DNA of 56,511 nt, the filler included, from Squatina squatina (Eukaryota), in NCBI GenBank assembly GCA_031763465.1. It is 3 parts of 3 records of this genome, joined end to end, with 100 filler letters (N's around TTAATTAATTAA, not from the genome) between each part and the next. Parts side by side here need not be neighbours in the genome. Positions count along the whole stretch, not along the records: positions 16,531 to 32,604 come from JARFOE010000192.1; 2 more parts are not named here. One strand, 5' to 3'. The position numbers and the translations under genes were made by a program. The notes beneath the pieces were generated by a model. That model was not told the origin of the DNA, searched no databases, and was given only the letters and a program-made list of their open reading frames with translations. This document shows, one piece after another, positions 21,097 to 32,704 of this stretch. Numbering within the stretch: position 1 is the stretch's first letter; each line of letters opens with the position of its first letter.

Positions 21097-24000
21097 GTTT
21101 TTGTGTCTAATATTCATTGAGCGTTCATCCACCTTTAAAGTGGTATCAACACATGAGACAGATAATATGTGATTCATGTACATATTGACAGCTTTCTCAA
21201 AACACAGTGGCCACCAGCTAGCCAGCTACCAAAATCCATGGAAAAATATTAACATTTCAGGTGCTTAAATTCTGCTCTAAGCCATGGGTAGTGCTAGCGC
21301 CTTGGGCCTGGTGATTTTGTGCTCCTGGCATGCAGAGGGGACTTCTCCAGGATTTCCATGCTCCCCTAATTCGAATGCAGCTGGTGCACTCCCAGTGTCA
21401 GTTAGTTCATGGATTGGGAGTGCAGAAGTTAGGATTTTGTGGGCAGGAGCAGAAATGTCATGGTGCAGCTTCTTAAGGTGGCATCTTCACTACTGTTGGC
21501 AGCAGAGTCTGAAATTGTGCATTTTCTGCTGTGTATTGTGCTGAGATGAAGCAGAAAACTGCACATCTCAATGGGGCAGGCAGGCTATGTGTGGAGCCCA
21601 GCAGTAAAGTTGAATCCAAACAAAAGGCAACAAATAAACATTCAATCCAAAGAAACAAGTATTGGTGCAATGCCAAGAAATGAAAACTGGCAAAAAACTC
21701 ACAAATACTAATCTCATCAAAGGGCTGCTTTACTCCAACTGTTAATGCCAGACTAGCAATGTGCGCCATTAAGGGTGTAATTGATCAGAATTCCCAGAGC
21801 ATCAAATCGGCCCCCAGCAGACCCCAAATGAATGATGCTTGTCATGCAATAGTGCCAGCCTCCTGTGCATCCAGTTCACATCTATAGGAAAGCCAGGGCA
21901 AAGGCAAATCATGTACACTGACTCAGATCCTGGTTTCTGCATGGGAGTGGAGAATCTCATGGTTTCAAATAGTACAGGTCACTGCTCTAACTGTAAGGTG
22001 GTAATTTATTTTTGGGTTCTTAACCGAGCAACTGCTCAAGCATGTTACAGCCTTGCAACATATTCTCAGCCATCAGTCATCACTTCCTTATTCTCTTTAT
22101 TAATGGAAGTTTTGCACTGTTTAGACTCAGAAGTAGAAATCTCATTTAATTTATGATATGCAAGAATTATCCAAAGGTGGGAAATCTACATTTTTAAAAC
22201 TTGCNNNNNNNNNNNNNNNNNNNNNNNNNNNNNNNNNNNNNNNNNNNNNNNNNNNNNNNNNNNNNNNNNNNNNNNNNNNNNNNNNNNNNNNNNNNNNNNN
22301 NNNNCTGTAAAAATGAGAAGCTGGGACTTTCCCCCAATCTAAACTGCGATGGACAAATGTAAAAGTGTCTTGAAATGTCATAAAGGAATATATCAAATAT
22401 TAGATAAGTAATTTTCAACTGTGGAAGTTGGCCACGTGATGTCATTTACTCCATCCAAGTTATAGTTTACTTTCAATATAAAGGCCCTCTAAGTAAATTT
22501 ATTTCATTCACACTTTTAACTTAAAGCCACAAAATCAAGCAACTGGTATATTCATACATTCAGAAATGATTATATATAATGTATCAGCTGAAATAATATG
22601 TAATTAATTTTCATCATGCTGTTACCTTTCTTACATAACTGTTGATTCTGTATTATTCTTTCCTTTGCTGGTGCAGACAGTGGAGTAAATTACTTTATTT
22701 GACACACAAGGTAGGGCGATGGCTGTTTAACCTGACAATTGTTTGGCCATTTGCCTGCTTTCTATTCTCCTTTTCCTCCCTCTGCTATTGTTTTTAGCAG
22801 ATAGCAACAGTTACCCTGGTGATTAATGTGTGTTAAATGGTTGCAGATTTTTTGCTGATATCTTTGATTCATTGAACATTCATATGGAAAGAAAGCTGCG
22901 TGGGATATTTAGCAAGACTCATTTGTTGCTGGTTAAAGAAAATATTCTGTTCTGTTAAACCACAGAATTTTCTGAACCAGAGAAAACACAATGAAGCTAA
23001 GCTATTTATTGGAGTAACTATAACCTCTATAGAAGGCCCACCGCATTTATTTAAATCATACTGGCCAATGTTGTGATCGTAATGAACACTTCTGCTTTAT
23101 GAATAACTTGAAAATGCTGTGAATAATTCTAGTTTGCAATGCATACAATTTTAGGGCTGTGTATACTTCAGCTCATTCAAGTATATTTATATGTCTCTCT
23201 TATTTCTCATTGTCAAAGGGCAGAACATGTGCTAATAAATATATGCGTTGTGAGTTGCATATCAATTATTTTGCACCAGAAGTGCTTCACCTCTCCANNN
23301 NNNNNNNNNNNNNNNNNNNNNNNNNNNNNNNNNNNNNNNNNNNNNNNNNNNNNNNNNNNNNNNNNNNNNNNNNNNNNNNNNNNNNNNNNNNNNNNNNCCA
23401 ATAAATAAAACCATACCATAAATCTTTGGCTTTACTGTAAAACTTATTTTTATGCCACCACCTTAGTGTTTCCATATTCAGTACCCTATGTACTGTTCTT
23501 CCTATCTGTGTTTCATAAATTATATTTTGGAAAGGATACAGAAACAAATCAAGTAAATTAGGGCACAAAATAGAAATCAAACTTATATTTACCTTGGCAC
23601 AATTATTGCCCTTTTTTGTTCTACGCGATGCAAATAATTTAAGAAAATAAGAGGAAATTCCCCTAATGTCATTTCCATATATTCAACGGTTTCCTTTGTT
23701 ACTTACAGATTCTTAATGAGACTGAAGAATCTGCACTTCAGTGAAGAAAATTCATCGCAACCCTCCTGCCTTGCAATTTAATCACTGTATACCCAGGAAA
23801 GTACTGACAGTTGTCCCATGGAAGCTATTAAAGTTCCTGTCCAAGGTTAAATGAAATTGCAGTTTATCAGAGAAGCATTGAGAAAATAAGGGAATCTGTT
23901 CATGGCTGTTGATTAATGCCAAGCCTGATCAACACAAGGGGGTTCATTAAGCCATACATCATGTGAGCAATTTAACATGTCATTGTGCCTGCTGTCTGCT

Positions 24001-26189
24001 TTCTCTGTACATTGTGTTATGCACCCTGGTTGCATCAGCAATTTGACATAAAGGTTTATATTAAATAATTTGTGTAAATAGATTTGCATTGTATTATTAT
24101 GTGCTCTAAGTATTTTGCATTAAATGTTATTTCATTATTTATGAACTGCTAAATGAAAAATAGAGAAACTGTGGGCAGCTGCATCCTTTTTCAATTGTGC
24201 TTTAATTGAGCCTTAAACAGAAATGCAGACTTTGGTTGGAAGCAACTTTTTCCTTGGTTTGAGATACATATATTTGTTCTGTGCAATAATTTAATTTGGT
24301 AAGCTACTTTGGAAGTAAAATGGAAATAAATGCTGGTAATGCTTTAAAACATGTGCGCATTTCAGAAATAAAGAATTGATTCTAACAGGTCTGTGCTTAA
24401 TTCAACTCCACCGGTATTTATATTACCATCTAATCTTTTTTTATACTATGTTTATGGATTCTCATGAAGCCATTTCCTGCTGCTATTCATCAGTCAGGAC
24501 AAAATGTGATGTAAGAACTCTTTCGCTGGTGACCACCATCCATTTCATGCCAACTCACTTTAGAAGTACTCTGATTAAAGTCAAACTGCTCCAGTCAAGT
24601 TTCTTCCAAGCTACTTTTCAATTTCACTTGGAATTCAAAAGCACATTACATGTCTTCCCAATGCTCACCTGTGGTGTGTGGGAGACTTTTGGATTGTAAT
24701 TGCAAAGCTCCTAAGGTTTGAACAGAGGGATGACATTTCATTGAAGGCCAGAGACATAAAGTTCTTTTATTGGTAGTACTGTATGAGATTTTTGATAATT
24801 CCTAAATGTCAGTGGAATTGTCAAAGCAAAAAAAATAATCTGATGAAACTAAAAGTACCTCTAGACAGCGGCTGCCAACTATGTCCTTATTGCATCCATG
24901 CCATTTCAAAGTGGCCTGAGAGGAGAGTCAGCAGAAACGGTTAATGATTAGGGGGATAGTATTCATCTTACGATCAGCCGAGAGGGCTATCATTGGCTTC
25001 AGTAACTCTGGGTTAGGGTGGGGCAAATTAGATGCCGTTTCTGTTCCTGATCGCTATCCGGTGGCCCCTGCTGGAAGTGTAAGTGTGTGCATGTTATATT
25101 TGGCTTGGCTGTAGTTCCCATGTTGAGAAGGAGCACCTTTCATCCATTGTCAAAGTTTCCGCATGGATAATGATCAGTTAGATAAGGTGCTGGTTTGTTT
25201 GGATATGTTTTATCGTTNNNNNNNNNNNNNNNNNNNNNNNNNNNNNNNNNNNNNNNNNNNNNNNNNNNNNNNNNNNNNNNNNNNNNNNNNNNNNNNNNNN
25301 NNNNNNNNNNNNNNNNNAGTTCAAAGTCACATACTTGCTGTATATAACTGTATGTACCTAGCAAAATCAAAATTTTAAAGGTTATACCTAAGCAATATCT
25401 TTTAAAATTTTGTTTATACTTTCAAAGTTAAATAAGTTATCAGACATACAAGTAAGTGAAACCTACTGCCACTTGAATTCATCTATTGTATTGGCTTAAA
25501 TTCTAATACTGTAAGTGGTGATCTAGCTCACTGGATTTGCTGCATTTTATTAATGCGCTGTCCTTACAACCCACAACTCCTTAAATGTGTCGCTCATCGT
25601 CTTTGTGTCTTTGATCTATGTGCAATTAAAGGTCAGGCAAAAGCCAGTGAAGTAAATGAAATAGTCATAAATGCAGCTTTTAAGCTGTTGCAGTCATAAG
25701 TCTTAAATAACGTACATTCTCAGGAATGGTTTTCAGTGCTATATTAAGGACATTATTTGCATTTCTATTAACTTTTATCTTGTCTGTGTCTGTTTCGACA
25801 TTTAAAGTTTCCTGATTTACGAAGGATGACTTGCTGCACTGTAAACTGATAATTGGATGCTATTGAAAGGTTGTTTTGCATTGATTTAGTTGATGAACAG
25901 AGACATTACTGAAGTAAAGCTTGGGGCATCTTTGGTCAGGATCAATCTTACCGATTCTGTCCCTGTTGCTTTTTTGCTCTGGCATTGATTTAAACCTCCT
26001 GAATTCCACATCAGTGGATTAAGAGCAATAAATACTGTTATCCCATCAACATATATTTAAGGCATTAAAAATCGTATACACCTTCATTTGCTTAATTAAG
26101 TTTATGTTTTTATTATACATCAGTTCTTTTCTAACGTTAATGAGAATGCACACACCTCCAGACTAAAGGTGGTTTTATGTTAAAAAAAT

Positions 26190-26480
26190 AAATATTTATA
26201 TAATGTCCCAGGATGTCCCAAAGTGCTTCAAAGTCATTGATTTACTACAAAAATGTAGCTATTGTTGTTATGTAGGCAAACATGGCAGCCAATATGTGTA
26301 CAGCAAGGTCCCACAAACAGAAATGAGACAAGAAACCAAATAATCAATTTTAATGGTGTTGGTTAACCAAGGCACCAAGACAACTCAGCTACTGCTCTTC
26401 AAATAGTATTGTAGTCTTTTACATCCGCTTGAGAGGGCAGATTTGGTTTAATACCTCCTCTGAATAACGACACCTCTTAG
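26190..26480 (-). mobile_element. Partial, diverged SacSINE1-like DeuSINE
   Basis: Colinear similarity with 7910-8225 (cccaaagtgctt..., cagcaaggtcccacaaac, ctgctcttcaaatag). Confidence 0.7.
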
Positions 26481-29400
26481 GACATTACATCATGGTTTGA
26501 CATAAGAGAGAACAAAGTCAGTTTTATAAAATGAAGAAAAAGGATTAATACCGTGCAATATTTTTGACATTACAAGAGAATATATAGAAGCAAAGTTTCA
26601 TACATTGATATACATAGAATAGTTTACCCTTAACTCAGTTAATGTGCNNNNNNNNNNNNNNNNNNNNNNNNNNNNNNNNNNNNNNNNNNNNNNNNNNNNN
26701 NNNNNNNNNNNNNNNNNNNNNNNNNNNNNNNNNNNNNNNNNNNNNNNGGCTCCTCAAACTTTCTTACAAAATTTATCTTTCAGATCTTCATTCTTGAAGA
26801 TACATTTGAAATCCAATATATTTATAGATTTAGAAGTATATATTTTGGATTTGAAAATAAATTTTCCACTGTAAATTAAATGTAAATTTCTCACTTTTGA
26901 ATTGTTATTTGACATTGTACTGTATTATTTTCTTAACTACTCTTCCTCTTGTATTTATAGTTCATAAATCTACAAACCTTTTGATATTCAGTGAATATTG
27001 TAATGCAGAATACATCCCTCTTGCACAGTAAACAAGAATTGTCATTTCAATTGTACCCTCGAGCTCAGTGCCCTATTTTCGTGCGTATAATGGTATTAGA
27101 CTAGTGTTACTGCAGAGAACAGGAAGTTTGAAACTCCCTGCTGCTAGCTGCAGCAGTTTTGGACTAAAGTTAGCAGAAAAGGTCAGTGACCTGTTCCACT
27201 GGGTGTCGAAGGGAAGGGTATAATCAAAGGAGCCACATGTTGTCATTCAGTGCAAGTGGATTTTTTGGATTTGATAGGAGAGGAGTTAATTTCCCTGGTG
27301 ACCTTTGTGTAATAAAATGGTATTATCTGTTTCAGAAAAGGCTGGTTAGCAGAAAATTGGGTATCTCAGCAAGACATTGTCACCTCAGTTAGATAAATGT
27401 TTATAAGTTTATTAAACGGTTTAATTGACATAATGAGATTAGCAGAACATTGGAGATAAGATCCAGCATTTGACAGAGATAATATTTTAAGTCATGTTAG
27501 CAAACATCTATTCTGTGAAGAGACAAATCAGCCTGCCATAAATTTTTACCTGATAAGAAACACAGCATTTTATGCAGACCAGTCCAAAGTAATCAATGTA
27601 GGAAAAACAAATTTTGCGACTACAAAGGATTCTTCGTACGAAGGTAAAGCAATTGATTTTGTTACATTTGTATTTAATAATTATACACTACATAGGATGT
27701 GTAACACCATCTATTAAACTAGTTTTGGCCACAGAAGTATATTAAATTGAGTAATATTTTATAGAGGGAATGTATAGATAGTTCTGCTTATATATATATT
27801 CAACTCATTGTCACTGCTGAGCATGACAAGATCCAATTTCAGCTAGCATATCTCTTTTTTGCATGAAGTGCCTTAGTTTCAACCAAACAAAGTGGGTAAA
27901 AATAGACAAAATGCAAAAAAGTTAAAAATAGCACTGCACTATAGAACGCTTCGCAACCTTTTACAGATTGAAGAATGGCTGCCCGCCCTTGGTCCTAAAC
28001 CTACGATGTGCCTTGTTCAATATTAGTGATCTGTGTTGTAGGCGATTCATATTAATGTTCATAAAGTTAACAGGACTTTCTTTACTGTAGCCTAACATTT
28101 TCACAATGTATACTTAGTATTGTATCAAGGTGTACAAATGGGATCAAAAAGACGGTGGGCCTGAAATTGCGATGTCCCTGAGTGGGAACCATGTTCCCAC
28201 GCACCCGGGGAGACATTGCGAAAGCCGGTTATGGGGCTGTTCATCAAAAGCCAGCATAACCAGCATTTGCAATCTGTCCAGAAATTTCTGGACAGATCCA
28301 ACACTGAGGTTGCGGAGCCCATCCCCAACTCTGAGCTTTGCAAGCTTTTTGCAAAACTTTCACTGGGGATCTCTTCAAAGTTTCTACGCATGGTAAAACC
28401 TAGCGTATCTGTTTGGTTTTACCATCGTAAGAAATGTTAAGAAATTTTAAATCAAAAAAATGAATGGGACATTACTTTAATACCATTCNNNNNNNNNNNN
28501 NNNNNNNNNNNNNNNNNNNNNNNNNNNNNNNNNNNNNNNNNNNNNNNNNNNNNNNNNNNNNNNNNNNNNNNNNNNNNNNNNNNNNNNNNNNNNNNNNNNN
28601 NNNNNNNNNNNNNNNNNNNNNNNNNNNNNNNNNNNNNNNNNNNNNNNNNNNNNNNNNNNNNNNNNNNNNNNNNNNNNNNNNNNNNNNNNNNNNNNNNNNN
28701 NNNNNNNNNNNNNNNNNNNNNNNNNNNNNNNNNNNNNNNNNNNNNNNNNNNNNNNNNNNNNNNNNNNNNNNNNNNNNNNNNNNNNNNNNNNNNNNNNNNN
28801 NNNNNNNNNNNNNNNNNNNNNNNNNNNNNNNNNNNNNNNNNNNNNNNNNNNNNNNNNNNNNNNNNNNNNNNNNNNNNNNNNNNNNNNNNNNNNNNNNNNN
28901 NNNNNNNNNNNNNNNNNNNNNNNNNNNNNNNNNNNNNNNNNNNNNNNNNNNNNNNNNNNNNNNNNNNNNNNNNNNNNNNNNNNNNNNNNNNNNNNNNNNN
29001 NNNNNNNNNNNNNNNNNNNNNNNNNNNNNNNNNNNNNNNNNNNNNNNNNNNNNNNNNNNNNNNNNNNNNNNNNNNNNNNNNNNNNNNNNNNNNNNNNNNN
29101 NNCATAGCTTGTGAATCTGAAGTGGTTGCAGCTTGGACCCCAGAATGTTGCTAAAATAAATTCTTTCAAGTAAAAGATTTTTATCTTTCAAATGATAATA
29201 GCAGGCAACTGACTAAATGGCTAGTCCATTGTTTTACATGCAGCTTTTACAGATAGGTCTATGTATTTTGGTTTTGCATATTCACCAGGTTTAAAACAAA
29301 CTCTGGATGGGAAAGAATATTTTGTCATGTTGTAGTGATTGTATGTGATTTTGAGCCATTTAGTAACAACCTCTAAAATGAATTGTTTTTCAGAGTGCAT

Positions 29401-32400
29401 TGAAAATTTCCAATTGTAAAGCCGCTTTAAAGAACGTGAATTCTTTTGCCACCCTTCTTCTGTCTGCAGTTGGTGTGGTGTTAACTGTGCTTGGGGGACA
29501 CTATTACCACCCACCTCATATCCTGTGTGTAGGTTGGACATTTATGCTCCTTAACCCCCTGTGGATTTCAACACTGCACTACACTGCTACCTGACTGTGC
29601 CAAACATTACCACACTCCACAGTCTGTTTCTAAAGTTACTGCTGACCCTGCAGGACACCACCCTTGTGTGTCAGCATTCATACGGCAGGAAATCTGACAG
29701 AGATTCATGCACTCCGAGCTCAATTGATTGACCATCCTTGTTGTATACTGNNNNNNNNNNNNNNNNNNNNNNNNNNNNNNNNNNNNNNNNNNNNNNNNNN
29801 NNNNNNNNNNNNNNNNNNNNNNNNNNNNNNNNNNNNNNNNNNNNNNNNNNACTTGCATGACTAAACTGGGTGTAATTAGCATTGCTTTTAATATATATGA
29901 CCAACTTTGTAAAGGTAGGAATTAACCATTTTGAGCTACAGTTTATTTATAATCAGCCAAATGTAGATATTATATCAGGTATAATATTATAATTTATTAA
30001 CAGAATATGCTTGACTTTAATAATTATATTCAATGGTGCTCATGGAGACAAAATTATCAATGTTGAATTATATACATGACGCAGAGACTCAGAAATGACA
30101 AAGAAGTAAACTTAGAAAATAACATCGCAATTTTTTAGTCCAAACAATTGTATTTGAAATCTGTTTGAAGCAAAACTATTTTCATATTCAACCCATTTGA
30201 AAACTATAAGCAAGAATGAAGAGATAACACTACTTAACACAAATATGTGAGGTAAGACGAAATACTAATAAACTGCTGTAAACAGTCATAAGTAATAGAC
30301 ATCACTAGAGAAAGTGTTTGCTTACAACACAGACAAATGTTGAATTCACGCTCATAAATGTATCCAGTGGTTTTCTCAGTTCTACCTCATATTCAGTTTG
30401 TTGTGTAATAAAATGGTTAAATGCATACTTAATTTGAAATTGTATCTAAAATTAAAATCAGTACAGACCCAATATATTGAAAATTGAGAAGAAAATGGCT
30501 TTGGTTATTATCTATATAAACACTTCTACATAAAGCGTTTTTAACAGTGGAATGCCTTTTTGTTGCTAACGTGATCTAACACAAATGGAATCAAGCTATA
30601 TAAACAGCCTTTGTACTTCGCCTTCGCATTAAATTTGATACGTTAGGTTAGACCGTGGCAAATGGAAAAAATGTGCAAATAAATATAAGAGTGAAGCCTC
30701 TGTTCATTATTGCTGTACAATGAACACTAATTAGTTTGAGTGAAAGACAAAGACAAGTGCTTAATATTGTTTTTGGAAATAATAACAAAATACTAATTCT
30801 GATTATGTGTAATTTTTGATCCAGTAGTCTGTTACTTTGTGTGTAACATGTCTGAGAATGTCAAACCATAAAAATCAGAGTTTTACTGGTGTTGTGCTAG
30901 TGTGACAGAACCTATGCAGAGGCAGCATTCTGTACTGTGGTTTATAGTCCATTTTCTCCCTGTTCCTGTGACTATTACAGTGCACTTAGTCTGGCAGTGC
31001 GCCAACATTTAGAAAGGAGTGTGAATGTACAGTGTACTTAGAAAATGCAGCACAGTTTCAACTAAATCTATATTTTTAAATGGTTGATCTTTTTTTCAGT
31101 CTGCCCACAGACTTGTTATTGGTATTAAATCGGTATATAACAAACCACGGTAATTAATGCTGAACTGTTAGAAACTTTATTGGTTAGTTGCGCTGTGCAA
31201 AATTTACAGGATTATGTTTATTACTGTTCCCACCTTTTTTTATTTTAGTTCCATTTCTTTTCCTTCTTCATAGCCATTCACTTTTACGTAATCCTTCTTC
31301 TGCTGAGCAATGAGATAAAGAGGATCCAGATACTATCCACAGCTTCTCCACGGGTTCAGCTAGTAGCATACCATACCACAAGCTGGCTGAAAGGGTGAAA
31401 ATGCAACATTCACACTGAAAACAAGGTAATTAGCAAATTAATGCCAGTTGAGAATCATGTTTATGAGCAACGATTTAGTTCTCTGCGATTTTCAGCTTCT
31501 TTTAAATAAACCAGTATTCCCTGAAGGAAGCTCATATTGTTCTCTGCACAAAATATCATCGATATAGCATCATATTTTCAATACGGCACCTTTCTTTCAC
31601 CCAGGTTTCTCAGACAGAACAATTAATGAGGGTCTCATACCCCATTTCTGAATATTTTCTACACCTACATTACAATTCATGACAGTTATATTGCCGTTAC
31701 TTATCCGTTACAAAACAATTTTTGTCTGATTATGGCTCGGTGAAGGGCCTTGGGACTTTTTCTATGTTATACGTTGGTGCTATAGAAGAGTAAAAGTTTA
31801 TGCTAATGTTATTACTAAGGGATGACCTTTTAAATGTAACCTGATCAAATCAAATTTTATTTCCATGTTTTTCAGTGATTTTATAGATCTGTCATATAAA
31901 AGGATATATATTTACACGCAGTTTTTACTACTTTTTGTCAGTTTTCACGATGGTCCAATCAGGAAGACTAATGGGTAAAAATCACACCATGCAAAACTAG
32001 CAAAGACATTTAATGAGTTTGTATGAAAATACTCTATTTTATTTGGCGTTTCCGTCTTATGGCTGCAAAATAAAACTATACTACCTTGAGGAAGGCATGT
32101 TCAGCACATTTTTAAAATTTGTTTACAAACAGTGCAACCCATTGGCAAAAATTGTATCAAAATACATCAATGCAACACATGCAAGTGGTAGCAGTTTGAC
32201 CAAAATGATGCGTGAATTTTCTGGTTTTTCATTCTTCCAGCCTTCTAACAATTTTCCAAACACCTTATCTTGAAGGCAGTGCTATTTCAAAGCAGACAAA
32301 ACACATTACGTGCATTTTATTTCTGCACATTGATCTCACAAATCTCCCAAATTTAAGAATTTTCATGATTTGAACATTTTTATCATTTTTAAATGAATGT

Positions 32401-32604
32401 AACAATAAATCAAGAGCTTGACCCCTTGATTAACCTGAAATAAACCCATGAAAATATCATGCCTAATCCATTAGTGGATTTTCATTTTTCTCGCTGAGAA
32501 ATTGTCTTGACTTCTGGCCTGATTTCAAACTGATGCAGCTGTCTTTTGATTGCTCTTGTAGCTGAATTTCAGAATCCTTGACTACTCACATCTGTAAACC
32601 TAGC

Positions 32605-32704
32605 NNNNNNNNNNNNNNNNNNNNNNNNNNNNNNNNNNNNNNNNNNNNTTAATTAATTAANNNNNNNNNNNNNNNNNNNNNNNNNNNNNNNNNNNNNNNN
32701 NNNN
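32605..32704. other. Artificial scaffold-joining linker
   Basis: 44 N + TTAATTAATTAA (32649-32660) + 44 N, identical to the first linker. Confidence 0.97.

Noticed and set aside
28125-28440. Overlapping ORFs on both strands as a coding exon
   Set aside because: There is no recognisable protein. The region starts with a TIR-like repeat end, and the shared LSRNFWTD peptide just reflects the palindrome.
28452-29191. Long ORFs in the track (also 44166-45350)
   Set aside because: They are almost entirely N.
30920-31010. microRNA precursor (TGGCAGTG seed-like sequence and an imperfect hairpin)
   Set aside because: The sequence beyond the seed matches no mature miRNA I recognise, and the stem is weak.
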